A stretch of DNA of 64,000 nt from a virus (IMGVR_UViG_3300035661_001697:2537-66536); one strand, 5' to 3'. Numbered from the stretch's first letter, positions 19,795 to 29,692 are shown. Numbers and translations: made by a program. Notes: a model not told the origin generated them from the letters alone.

Positions 19795-20552
19795 AAAATT
19801 ACAAAATCTTTTACTTTATTTTTAAGAAAATCATATTCTTGAAGTGGGTTGGTTAATTCAACAGACCAATCTGTTTTTTTCATTTCTGTTTCTAACCAAG
19901 ACATATCAAAATCAAATACATCTAATATTGCCGACGTTAATGTTTCATCCTCTTTTTGGTTGGAGTTCTTAACTGAGAACTTGTTATCACCAAATTCGTC
20001 TTTTTTCACTGATATTTTAAATGTTAAAGTTGAATATGGATAATCATGTGGAATGTTATATAAAATATGTTTACCATAATAATACATTAGTCTTCCTTGC
20101 TTTAATGAATAACCATGAGGAAACTCAGAACAAAATATTAAATTGTTATCTTCCAAAATTGGTTTTACATGAAAAGTATAGTCGTAAGATTTAGTATTAT
20201 CTGTCAAATATTCATTACATTGGTTTTTATGATATGAACAATTACTTGAGTTGTTATGATATGAAAAAGTTATTTCATCGGATGGGGTTAATTTTGAATT
20301 ATAATCAATCAAATCAATCGTATGGGTCAATTTTAAGTCAAATAGTTGTTCTTTAAACTTTAATGTAAATTCATCTTTTATTTTTGCGATGTCTAAAGTT
20401 TCTTCATACGTTGTTTTACCTTTAATAACATAAAAGTTCATACAATCAACAACTTGTATAATACTTTCCTCGTCCTTTGGAATTTTATTTAAAATATAAT
20501 CCGCTAATAAATTAACTATTGATAGTTTACTTGTTGGTGATTTTAATATCAT
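19791..20552 (-). CDS. truncated/degenerate S-adenosylmethionine synthetase (MetK)-like protein
   Basis: N-terminal LADYIL...IKGKTT and C-terminal GRLMYYYGKHI...AILDVFDF resemble MetK N- and C-domains; catalytic GHPDK is absent. Confidence 0.45.
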   Translation of the reverse strand: MILKSPTSKLSIVNLLADYILNKIPKDEESIIQVVDCMNFYVIKGKTTYEETLDIAKIKDEFTLKFKEQLFDLKLTHTIDLIDYNSKLTPSDEITFSYHNNSSNCSYHKNQCNEYLTDNTKSYDYTFHVKPILEDNNLIFCSEFPHGYSLKQGRLMYYYGKHILYNIPHDYPYSTLTFKISVKKDEFGDNKFSVKNSNQKEDETLTSAILDVFDFDMSWLETEMKKTDWSVELTNPLQEYDFLKNKVKDFVIF

Positions 20553-20609
20553 TGGTTTTTATTTGAATAAATTTAATTTTGTTTAATTATAAACAATTTA
20601 ATTCATAAA

Positions 20610-20633
20610 AAAGGACAATTTTCATTGTCCTTT
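20610..20633 (-). terminator. intrinsic terminator
   Basis: AAAGGACAAT-TTTC-ATTGTCCTTT hairpin with a U-run on the minus strand. Confidence 0.6.
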
Positions 20634-20658
20634 ATTTAATTTTTTAAAATATGTTAAA

Positions 20659-20820
20659 TTACTTATTCGTTTTGTTAACGTTGTAGTACTTCTCAACGGT
20701 TTTTTTAATCGCCGATTTAACACTTTCGTTTGTTTGTTGTTTTTGAGCAGCAGCCTGTTGAACCTGTTGAGGTGAAGGCTGTTGTGATTGGTTTCCGTTA
20801 TTTTTGCATCCGCATCCCAT
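20659..20820 (-). CDS. small MGCGCK protein (53 aa, Q-rich)
   Basis: MGCGCKNNGNQSQQPSPQQ...; own TATTTAT (20858-20864, minus) and terminator; missing from the ORF track. Confidence 0.7.
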   Translation of the reverse strand: MGCGCKNNGNQSQQPSPQQVQQAAAQKQQTNESVKSAIKKTVEKYYNVNKTNK

Positions 20821-20916
20821 GGTGTTGTATTTTAGTTAGTTTATTTGTTTACTGATAATAAATACTATCTTTATGGAAATATAAGAGTAAAAGAATATTT
20901 ATCAATTAAAGATATA

Positions 20917-22689
20917 ATGGATTTTTTAAAATTAATACAAGAAGGACGAGTTGACGACTTTAAGGCCAAGTACTCACAAAAGTTTGGCACTGATAATGCA
21001 AATAAAATTATTGTGGCGGTACCACAGAAATATTTGGATTGGGCAGGTAAACATTTAGATATGGTTAATTTTGAGGAAAACCTTTCAAAGGTTGCTCAAG
21101 CACTACAAAAGTTTGAAAAAATATCAAGTAATCTTCCAATCACTGATTTATTTCAATATAAAAATATAGGACAATTGTTATCCGCATTATCGGAATATTA
21201 TAACCGACAAAGACGAGTTGTTAATAAAGTTGAAGGTGGCAATGTTGTTTATGATGACGGTAGATACTTCGTTGTTAATCCATTAACACATGATTCGTCT
21301 TGTTATTATGGTAAGGGTACTAAATGGTGTACAAGTGCAGATACTGACCATCAGTTTAAAAAATATAATGAAGACGGTAAGTTATTTTACATCTTAGATA
21401 AGAATGCAACAACTAATGACAAGTTTTATAAAGTTGCTCTTCTTCAAAAATTTGATGGAGACAGAACATATTATGATGCTTTGGATGAAACCGTAAAAAA
21501 TGGTTGGATTTTAAATACCAACAAATTAAATCAGATATTATCATCGGTTGATGAATACATTAAATTGGAATACCCTGAACAGGTTAAAATATATACTGAT
21601 AAGGAGTTGGCAAAAAAAGAAAAACAACGACTTGCTAATTTAAGAATTCAACAAATATTAAAAGAAAGACAAGACGAAGCTCAAGAGAGAAGGTTGGATG
21701 GTGAGTGGACTTTAGATGACAATTGCCCTGAGATTGGATTAAAGGCTCATGCTCTACTTATTAATTTGTCTGAAAATTTTGATGTAGATATAATAACCAA
21801 TCAAGACATAGGTGAAATTGCAAGAATTCAAAATGAGATTGACAGACTTCAATTAGAATATGATAATGATGAAGAGGTAAGAGGTGATTTACTGGATGAG
21901 ATAAGTGAGTTGGAGGACGAGATAACAGAATTTGAAAACAAAATAGATGTTTATAATATAATCCCAACCGGAAGTTTTTATGCCACATCTCAGTTTGAGG
22001 TAATTGGAGTTCCTAACTTAGAAGACCGTACATATGCTGTTGGTGATGAAACTGAGATGCAGAGAAGTGCTTATGAATATGTTGACCAATTAATTGACGA
22101 CATTGGATATCGAGGATTTAATCCTACATTTGCCAAAGAGTTTATTGATGAGAAAGCAATAATTTCATATGCTGAGGATTTATTTAACGATGATGTTTAT
22201 AATAATACTGAAAATTATCTGGATATTTCAGAAAAAAATTTATCTGACGAACAAGAAGAAAAAATTGGTATTTTAAATAGTAAAATAGAAAAATATAAAA
22301 GTTTAATTTCAAGTTTTGAAGATGAGATAGATAACGATGAAATGGAAAGTGAAAATAATGATGAAATTATAGAAAAAATTGATGAGTTAAATGATGAGAT
22401 TACTGAAATGGAAACAGAAATTCAGGACGAAATAGAAAACCCTGAAGGTTCTTTCCCTGATGACTTAATTGAAGATATAATTGAAAAACAACTTAAAGAA
22501 GTAAGATATGATGTTACTTCTTTCATGGATGAATGGGGACTTGATTGGGAAGAATATGTTGACAAAGACGAATTTATTAATGGAGTTGTAGATGCCGATG
22601 GTTATGGTCATACCTTGAATGGATACGATGGTACCGCAGAAGAAATAACAGTTTTAGGTGATTTATATTATGTGATGAGAATTGATTAA
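20917..22689 (+). CDS. WCT-motif domain plus acidic coiled-coil protein
   Basis: SCYYGKGTKWCTS domain related to the 15490 ORF; TATTTAT at 20896; LIQE leader. Confidence 0.7.
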   Translation: MDFLKLIQEGRVDDFKAKYSQKFGTDNANKIIVAVPQKYLDWAGKHLDMVNFEENLSKVAQALQKFEKISSNLPITDLFQYKNIGQLLSALSEYYNRQRRVVNKVEGGNVVYDDGRYFVVNPLTHDSSCYYGKGTKWCTSADTDHQFKKYNEDGKLFYILDKNATTNDKFYKVALLQKFDGDRTYYDALDETVKNGWILNTNKLNQILSSVDEYIKLEYPEQVKIYTDKELAKKEKQRLANLRIQQILKERQDEAQERRLDGEWTLDDNCPEIGLKAHALLINLSENFDVDIITNQDIGEIARIQNEIDRLQLEYDNDEEVRGDLLDEISELEDEITEFENKIDVYNIIPTGSFYATSQFEVIGVPNLEDRTYAVGDETEMQRSAYEYVDQLIDDIGYRGFNPTFAKEFIDEKAIISYAEDLFNDDVYNNTENYLDISEKNLSDEQEEKIGILNSKIEKYKSLISSFEDEIDNDEMESENNDEIIEKIDELNDEITEMETEIQDEIENPEGSFPDDLIEDIIEKQLKEVRYDVTSFMDEWGLDWEEYVDKDEFINGVVDADGYGHTLNGYDGTAEEITVLGDLYYVMRID

Positions 22690-22715
22690 GATTTTTATTT
22701 AGTTATAATTGTTGT

Positions 22716-23495
22716 ATGGGAAGAAAAAAAAAATTGGAGTTTAAGTTAAACCCCGAGTGGATGTTGAAAGAACCTTTAGATTTTGAATACAACAAATATA
22801 CTCTGTTAAATTACATTCAAAAATGTGAAGAAAGATTAAATAAGTTTGAAATTTATCCTGATTTTGTTGAGTTATCTTTGCACATGGCAAATATTCAATC
22901 ATTATCTAATGAAAACATTTTACTTTTAACTAATAAAAAATTTAATTCATGTGATGATGAAATTGTGTTAAAAGATTTATATCCAAAAACCCCAAGAGAA
23001 TTATCGGACGAAGAAAAAAATGAGTTAAATAAAACAATCTTGTATTCAAATGATAAATTATTTGACACATTTAATACCGCCAAATCAATTTGGAATATTG
23101 TTTTTGATAGTATCGATGTTTCCGTAAAAAAAAATAAAAAAAATTTAGGTTCAGTTTATGGGTATATTTTTTACTATAAAAAGTTAGAAAATAAAATTTA
23201 TGTTTGGGAATATAAAATAAAAAAAGAACGGGACAGTAAAAATAACACTCAAACACAGATAACCAAAATATATGAAAATGAGGCGGATAGTACCACACTA
23301 TTATCAATTATTGAGACTTATTCAAAATTCAATAAAACGGAGTATTATAAAGATTTCCCGGTTTTTGAAATAACTTGTGAACAAGATTTTCCAATAGAAC
23401 AATCTATTGTTCCAATTATGAAAAGAAAAATAATGTCATATATTTTTCAAACATTTAACATTGAAAAATTAAAAATAATTGACAATAAAATATAA
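22716..23495 (+). CDS. hypothetical protein (Bacteroidota-like family)
   Basis: PLDFEYNKYTLLNYIQ...IYPDF motif. Confidence 0.65.
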   Translation: MGRKKKLEFKLNPEWMLKEPLDFEYNKYTLLNYIQKCEERLNKFEIYPDFVELSLHMANIQSLSNENILLLTNKKFNSCDDEIVLKDLYPKTPRELSDEEKNELNKTILYSNDKLFDTFNTAKSIWNIVFDSIDVSVKKNKKNLGSVYGYIFYYKKLENKIYVWEYKIKKERDSKNNTQTQITKIYENEADSTTLLSIIETYSKFNKTEYYKDFPVFEITCEQDFPIEQSIVPIMKRKIMSYIFQTFNIEKLKIIDNKI

Positions 23496-23550
23496 ATAAA
23501 TTATATTTTATCGTACGTTTTATTAATTCTAAAATAAAAAAAAATAATAT

Positions 23551-24729
23551 ATGAAAGTTCGATTAGAATATGTGTGGTTAGATGGATATACTCCAGAACC
23601 AAATCTTAGAAGTAAAATAAAAATCGTTGATTATCCAATAAATTTTATTAAAGACATACCTGAATGGGGGTTTGACGGGTCCTCAACAAAACAAGCTGAA
23701 GGATATTCTTCTGATTGTTATCTCAAACCAGTTAGACTGTATAAATCATATGATAGAATCTATGTTTTTTGTGAAGTCATGGATAATAAAAATAATGCAC
23801 ATGAAACAAATGATAGGGCAAAGTTAGGTAAAGAAGACGAATCTTTTTGGGTTGGGTTTGAACAAGAATATTTTATACGTTCAGCTCATAACCAAAACAT
23901 TTTAGGTTTTGATTCAGGTACAATGATTGACCCGCAAGGAAAATATTATTGTGGTGTTGGAGGACAAATTGTTGGAAGAAATATTGTTGAAGAACATTTG
24001 GATATGTGTTTAGAATGTGGGATTGGTATTGAAGGAATCAATGCTGAGGTTGCATTAGGACAATGGGAGTATCAAATATTTGCAAAAGGTAAATTATTGG
24101 CTGCGGATGATTTGTGGATGTCTCGTTACTTTCTTTACAAAATTGCTGAGAAATACGGATATCAGATTGAATTACACCCAAAACCATTAGTTATTGGTGA
24201 ATGGAACGGTTCAGGACTACATACAAATTTTTCAAATAAAATAATGAGAGAAGTTGGTGGAGAACAATATTTTAAATCAATTTTTAATGTTTTTGAATCA
24301 AGAAAAAACGTACATATGAAAAATTACGGTTCAGATAATGAACTTAGATTAACTGGAAAATATGAAACACAATCAATTAATAAATTTAGTTGGGGTATTA
24401 GTGATAGAGGAGCTTCTATCCGAGTACCTATGTCAACCGCAAAGGAATGGAAAGGATATGTTGAGGATAGACGACCAGCGTCAAATGCAAATCCATATAA
24501 AATACTTAATGTTATTTGTGAATCATTAGTGTCCGCAAAACAATTGGAATCAACGTTAAGTATTATGTATGAAGATATTGATACCGATAAGTTAAGTGAA
24601 AAATACGGAACAATGTCTAATGATGATTTGTTGAAAGAATATCGAAATGATGATGATTATGAATTATCTGAAAAAATAATGGAGTCTGAAGAAAATGTTA
24701 AACCAGAGTTTATTAATAACAAGAACTAA
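23551..24729 (+). CDS. glnA: glutamine synthetase (type II)
   Basis: EYVWLDG, FDGSST, GFEQEY, NAEVALGQWE, WNGSGLHTNFS, RLTGKYET, DRGASIR, EDRRPASN. Confidence 0.95.
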   Translation: MKVRLEYVWLDGYTPEPNLRSKIKIVDYPINFIKDIPEWGFDGSSTKQAEGYSSDCYLKPVRLYKSYDRIYVFCEVMDNKNNAHETNDRAKLGKEDESFWVGFEQEYFIRSAHNQNILGFDSGTMIDPQGKYYCGVGGQIVGRNIVEEHLDMCLECGIGIEGINAEVALGQWEYQIFAKGKLLAADDLWMSRYFLYKIAEKYGYQIELHPKPLVIGEWNGSGLHTNFSNKIMREVGGEQYFKSIFNVFESRKNVHMKNYGSDNELRLTGKYETQSINKFSWGISDRGASIRVPMSTAKEWKGYVEDRRPASNANPYKILNVICESLVSAKQLESTLSIMYEDIDTDKLSEKYGTMSNDDLLKEYRNDDDYELSEKIMESEENVKPEFINNKN

Positions 24730-24737
24730 TAAGATAA

Positions 24738-25037
24738 ATGAAAGATAATTGTGCGTGTAACCCAATAAATGGGGGAGATGGTAATTGCCAGTGTGTAAAT
24801 TCGTCTAAGGTTAACATAGAAAAAGAAATGGTAAATCATCCTGACCATTACCAATTTGGTAAAAATAATGAATATGAAGCAATCAAGGTAATTGACGCTT
24901 GGGATTTAGGGTTTAGTTTAGGAAATGCAATAAAATATATTAGTCGTGCAGGAAAAAAAAGAAAAGACACAGAACTTGAAGACCTCAGAAAAGCCCTTTG
25001 GTACCTCCAACACCACATCGAAAACATCGAAAAATAA
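24738..25037 (+). CDS. DUF3310 family (T7 gp1.7-like nucleotide kinase) protein
   Basis: VNHPDHY...GNAIKYISRAGKK...EDLRKALWYL. Confidence 0.85.
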   Translation: MKDNCACNPINGGDGNCQCVNSSKVNIEKEMVNHPDHYQFGKNNEYEAIKVIDAWDLGFSLGNAIKYISRAGKKRKDTELEDLRKALWYLQHHIENIEK

Positions 25038-25341
25038 AACAGGACTTAGTAAAGAAATTTCAGTTTTAGATGCAATCACAACACCAAGTGAATTACTACG
25101 AGAAACTTTTATAAATTTTATGTGGGGGTTTTTAGGTAATTCTATTGTTGTGTTTGTTGCAAAAGAATTGGACTTTTTAGTTTTAATAAATTATATTTTG
25201 TATTACGTTTTAATTTCGTACATTGTCAACAGAAAAAAATATGACACAATTTTAGGTAAGTTTATAGTCCTCCCTGGTTCAGCCGCGGGAGGAGCATTTG
25301 CGGGATATAAATTAGCTCAAATAATTACAGAAATAGTTTAA
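24946..25341 (+). CDS. membrane protein (start uncertain)
   Basis: Three hydrophobic segments in the C-terminal two-thirds. Confidence 0.55.
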   Translation: MQEKKEKTQNLKTSEKPFGTSNTTSKTSKNKTGLSKEISVLDAITTPSELLRETFINFMWGFLGNSIVVFVAKELDFLVLINYILYYVLISYIVNRKKYDTILGKFIVLPGSAAGGAFAGYKLAQIITEIV

Positions 25342-25592
25342 TTAAAAAAAAATAAGATATGATAGGTAGTTTAGTGTATGTAAGTTTGTTATTGAATGTA
25401 GTATTAATTTTAAAATTGATAAGTAAATGATGATAGTAATGGGAATTTTAATTAGTGTGACAATAGTGTTAACGTCCGATGATAAACAATCGTTTTAATG
25501 TTGTTTATCATTTGTTATAACCAGTACGGTTAATTTAAGATAAAACTTGATTAATTGGAATATAATTAGTAAATTTATAAAAAAAATAGATT

Positions 25593-25950
25593 ATGGAAAC
25601 TAAAATGGAGATTATTATTACGGATAAAGAAGGTCTTAGACAAGTAGCTTCTTTTTCAGAAAACAAAATTAAACATATAACTGAAACCAATCAATGGGAA
25701 TATGTTATTAAAGAAATACTAAAACATATAAATAATAATCACTGATATTAATACTTTCATACCATCATTTGGTGATTTTATGAGTTATTGTAGTGAAAGT
25801 GATATTGAAAAAGAGTTATTTCAAGAAATTCTTTTTGAGTTTTTGGATAACCCAAAAAAATACAATAATTCAGAAATAATAAAAAAATATTTATCTGAAA
25901 AACTACCGATTAACTCATATGTCCAATTAATCAATAAAATAAATTTATAA
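25593..25950 (+). pseudogene. frameshifted hypothetical gene
   Basis: METKMEIIITDKE... stops at 25743-25745; another frame runs open from about 25731 to TAA at 25950. Confidence 0.45.
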
Positions 25951-25953
25951 AAT

Positions 25954-26319
25954 ATGGAAAACAAATACAAAGAATTTATTGTAAGTAGATTATATGGATT
26001 AATGGAAGGTTCCCCACAATCAATAGAATCCATGATAAAAGATGATTTTAAAGTCATATTCAAACACGAAATATGTTCAGTTAACGTAACATCAACCAAT
26101 AGGGTTATTGAAGATGAATATATGAAAGGTATGTGGATTGGCACCATGACAGTTACTTTAATTGTTAACAATGAGGTGTATTCATTAACAAGAGATTTTG
26201 GTGAAGAATACGATAACGACAAAACAGATTCAAATTTTAAAACTGATGATTGGTTTTATGAGGGTGAAGATTGCTTTTCTTTTAAGAAATCTCAAGAAAT
26301 TTTAAAAAGTTTTAACTAA
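25954..26319 (+). CDS. hypothetical protein
   Basis: 121-aa ORF. Confidence 0.6.
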   Translation: MENKYKEFIVSRLYGLMEGSPQSIESMIKDDFKVIFKHEICSVNVTSTNRVIEDEYMKGMWIGTMTVTLIVNNEVYSLTRDFGEEYDNDKTDSNFKTDDWFYEGEDCFSFKKSQEILKSFN

Positions 26320-26377
26320 AAATACTTTTCAAATCAAAATAGATTGTATAAGAAATTAAAAAATAAAAAAGTAGAAT

Positions 26378-26653
26378 ATGAAAACACTATTAGTAAAATT
26401 ACAATTTAAATTAGCAAGTTGGTTATATAATAAAGGTATTATAGCACCACAATTATTAGAACATAAAAAAATTAGAATTATGAATGACGAAGATATGGAA
26501 GATAGACAAAAGGCGTTAAATTTTTGGGATGGGTTATCAATGGATATGAAATTAGAATATTTAACATCTATGAAAAAAAATGGTGCATTTGATGTGACAC
26601 CAAAAAATATTACTGACGAACAAATTATCCAATTATGGATTTATGCGGTGTGA
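26378..26653 (+). CDS. hypothetical protein
   Basis: 91-aa ORF. Confidence 0.6.
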   Translation: MKTLLVKLQFKLASWLYNKGIIAPQLLEHKKIRIMNDEDMEDRQKALNFWDGLSMDMKLEYLTSMKKNGAFDVTPKNITDEQIIQLWIYAV

Positions 26654-26715
26654 TAGATAAAAATATTGTGTATAACAACTGTGTTAGTGATGGACATTTT
26701 AATTGATATAATAAT

Positions 26716-27246
26716 ATGAAATACTACAAAATAATTTTGGCAGGTAAAGGAGCAGAACTTTACCCATTTGAATTAAACACAAAACAATACGAAACTTTTC
26801 GTGATAACGGGGTAGAACAAGATGAGATGGAATGCGATGATATATGTGAAATATTAGAAGTTGAAAGTTTCCTTGATTCGACAAACGAATCTATTATGGG
26901 GCCTTTTGCTGATTCATTTATTTTAAGAGTTGAAGATGAGGATGGTAAAGTTGTTTATGAAACAGAATTTTTGGATATAGAAAAAATTGATTACGAAGAA
27001 AAATATTGTAGTAATAAAGCTTTTTTAATTGTTGAAAACTATTGTAAAGGTGAACAAGTAATTTATGATATACCACTTGAAGAAGATTTTGATATTGATA
27101 AATTAAGATTAAAGGTTTATGATGTTGGTTGTAGAGTCGAAGTAGTAAACGAAATTATATATGATGAAAAATCATATGAAATTTATAAATCATACGGTGA
27201 TACAACCAGTAAAGGATTTAGTTATCATTTAACGGCAGGAATTTAA
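26716..27246 (+). CDS. acidic hypothetical protein
   Basis: 176-aa ORF. Confidence 0.65.
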   Translation: MKYYKIILAGKGAELYPFELNTKQYETFRDNGVEQDEMECDDICEILEVESFLDSTNESIMGPFADSFILRVEDEDGKVVYETEFLDIEKIDYEEKYCSNKAFLIVENYCKGEQVIYDIPLEEDFDIDKLRLKVYDVGCRVEVVNEIIYDEKSYEIYKSYGDTTSKGFSYHLTAGI

Positions 27247-27251
27247 AAATT

Positions 27252-28100
27252 ATGGAAACAGGAAAAATAATAAATGGTGATTGTATCAAGGTAATGAAAA
27301 CATTATCTGAAGGGTGTATTGATTTGGTGGTTACAAGTCCTCCATATAATTGCGGAATTAAATATGATACCCACATAGATAACTTACCTATGGATGAATA
27401 TTGGAGTTGGACAAGAGAATGGTTAACAGAAACTTACCGATTGATTAAAGATGACGGTAGAGTTTCAATTAACATTCCTTACGAAGTGAATGTTCAAGAT
27501 AGAGGAGGTAGAGTATTTTTTGTTTCAGAATTTTATCAAATAATGAAAGAGGTTGGATTTAAATTCTTTGGAATTGTGGATTTAGAAGAAGATTCTCCCC
27601 ACAGAAGTAAGACAACCGCATGGGGTTCTTGGATGAGTCCCAGTTCTCCATATATTTATAATCCAAAAGAATGTGTAATATTAGCATATAAAAAACAACA
27701 CATTAAAAAAGTTAAAGGTGAACCAGAGTGGAAAGGAGTCCCAACTGATATTGAACAGGAAGACGGGACATTAAAGAAAAAAATTGTATATGAGGAAAAA
27801 GATAAGAAAGAGTTTATGGAACTTGTATTTGGTCAGTGGAATTACTTTGCAGATACTAAATCACTCACCAAGGCAACTTTCTCAATGGACATACCAACAA
27901 AGGCGATTAAGATATTGTCCTACAAAAACGATGTAGTTCTTGACCCATTTGCGGGTTCAGGTACTAGTTTGGTAGCGGCAGAGATATTAGATAGAAGATG
28001 GTTAGGTATAGAATTAAGTGAAAATTATACTAAAGTTGCTCAAAAAAGAGTACAAGACTTTGTTGACCGAAAAAAACAAATTAAAATAGAATTCAAATAA
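27252..28100 (+). CDS. DNA N4-cytosine/N6-adenine methyltransferase (beta class)
   Basis: DLVVTSPPY ... VLDPFAGSGT ... GIEL. Confidence 0.92.
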   Translation: METGKIINGDCIKVMKTLSEGCIDLVVTSPPYNCGIKYDTHIDNLPMDEYWSWTREWLTETYRLIKDDGRVSINIPYEVNVQDRGGRVFFVSEFYQIMKEVGFKFFGIVDLEEDSPHRSKTTAWGSWMSPSSPYIYNPKECVILAYKKQHIKKVKGEPEWKGVPTDIEQEDGTLKKKIVYEEKDKKEFMELVFGQWNYFADTKSLTKATFSMDIPTKAIKILSYKNDVVLDPFAGSGTSLVAAEILDRRWLGIELSENYTKVAQKRVQDFVDRKKQIKIEFK

Positions 28101-28157
28101 AAAAGTTATTACGACCTTTTTATTTGTTTTATAGATATTTATTAATAAAATAAAAAA

Positions 28158-29192
28158 ATGGTTAACATCTTAATAACTGAAAGACAACTTGCTTTAATTA
28201 CTAAAAACCAATCATTAAAAAATATTGATTATATTAACGAAGCAACAGGATGGAATACTGCACTCGATTTTATTGGTATTGTTGACCCCTCAGGTATTTC
28301 AGATTTTGTTAATGCGATGTCTTATTTTTATCAGGGAGACCGTTTATTTGGAATGTTGAGTTTAATATCCGCCATCCCATATGCTGGTGATGTTGTGGCT
28401 AAACCTGTAATGGGAGCTTTAAAAATGGGTAGTACTGCCACTAAAGAATTAAAAGGGGCTATGAGATTAGCGGACTTAGGAAAAACCGCTGAAGCAAGTG
28501 TTGTTTTAGCTAAATTAGCGGAAAAACCTGGAGTTGTTGGTACATTTTTACAAAAAGCTCAAAATTGGGCGCCAAAAGTGGCTTCTAAAGTTAACATGTT
28601 ACCAGGAGGATTACTTAAAGGATTTAAAGAAACAATATTAGATTATTTAAAATTATTTGAAAACGCTGCGGTTAAAAGTACTAAATTTCAAAAAACGGCA
28701 GGACATTTAGCCGCAAATTTATCTAAAGTTGCAAAACCTGCGGAAAGTATTAAAGCGTTAAAAGACATATTAAAAAACGAAAAAATTTTAAAATCATTAC
28801 CTAAGAAAGGCCTTTTGGCTCGAGTCTTTATAGGCGGAGCGTGGCGATTACAAAATAATATGGCTGGTAGAATTTTAATGAGAAGAACAAAGTGGTGGTT
28901 AGGTTTATTAGATTATATGGGTTTTGGAAATTTTGTTGGACCTGAAGAACTTGAAAATTTAGTTGGTAGTGAAACATTAATGAGACAAATGAATGAATAT
29001 AATCAAACCGACGCAGCTATACAAAATGCTGAATACGATTTTCCTGGAAATGTTGAACAAGTACAAACACAACCAACCGTTACTAATCCAAGTGTGGGAA
29101 TGTTAACCCCATCAACTGGAGACCCAATACAAGGATGGTTATCAAGTATATTTAGCTCAAATGTTGGTAAAGCCGCATTATTGGCTATTTAA
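28158..29192 (+). CDS. leader-bearing protein with pre-toxin TG (PT-TG)-like domain
   Basis: MVNILITERQL..INE, then LDFIGIVDPSGISDFVNA..Y..GD..GMLSLISAIPYAGD. Confidence 0.6.
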   Translation: MVNILITERQLALITKNQSLKNIDYINEATGWNTALDFIGIVDPSGISDFVNAMSYFYQGDRLFGMLSLISAIPYAGDVVAKPVMGALKMGSTATKELKGAMRLADLGKTAEASVVLAKLAEKPGVVGTFLQKAQNWAPKVASKVNMLPGGLLKGFKETILDYLKLFENAAVKSTKFQKTAGHLAANLSKVAKPAESIKALKDILKNEKILKSLPKKGLLARVFIGGAWRLQNNMAGRILMRRTKWWLGLLDYMGFGNFVGPEELENLVGSETLMRQMNEYNQTDAAIQNAEYDFPGNVEQVQTQPTVTNPSVGMLTPSTGDPIQGWLSSIFSSNVGKAALLAI

Positions 29193-29202
29193 TCTATAAC
29201 AT

Positions 29203-29574
29203 ATGAAAGAAGAAATAATATTAAAATTAGTCCAAATACAAAATCAATTTAGATTTTTACACTGGCAAACATTTGGTGATGCCAAACATAGGTCATATGG
29301 TAAAATATACGATTTATTAGGTGACCTAACGGACAATTTTGTTGAATCCATGATGGGTAAATATGGTAGACCTGAATTTGAATCAGAGTTTTCTATAATG
29401 TTTCAGGATATTAAAACGATTAACATTCAAAATTTTTTAGATGGTATAACAGAGTTTTTGGTTGATATGACAGACCAATTAGATTCAAAATACGATACAG
29501 ATTTATTAAATTTAAGAGATGAAATGTTAGCTAAAATTAACCAATTAAAATATTTGTTAACATTAAAGTCATAA
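29203..29574 (+). CDS. ferritin/Dps-like four-helix protein (DUF5856-like)
   Basis: LHWQT...H...YD...D.FVE..MGKYGR...NLRDEML..INQLKYLLTL. Confidence 0.75.
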   Translation: MKEEIILKLVQIQNQFRFLHWQTFGDAKHRSYGKIYDLLGDLTDNFVESMMGKYGRPEFESEFSIMFQDIKTINIQNFLDGITEFLVDMTDQLDSKYDTDLLNLRDEMLAKINQLKYLLTLKS

Positions 29575-29575
29575 C

Positions 29576-29692
29576 ATGGAACAAAAAGTTATGAGATTAA
29601 CAGAATCATATTTAACTAAAATTGTTAAATTAGTAATCACAAAACAAGAGGATGGTAAGTATCATAAATCAACTCAATTTGAGATTAATTAA
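29576..29692 (+). pseudogene. orphan leader peptide / truncated gene (38 aa)
   Basis: MEQKVMRLTESYLTKIVKLVI... resembles the MKKIIRLTEQDL leader without any cargo. Confidence 0.5.

Noticed and set aside
14605-28100. Complete restriction-modification systems
   Set aside because: No recognisable cognate endonuclease beside either methyltransferase; they are likely orphan, protective enzymes.
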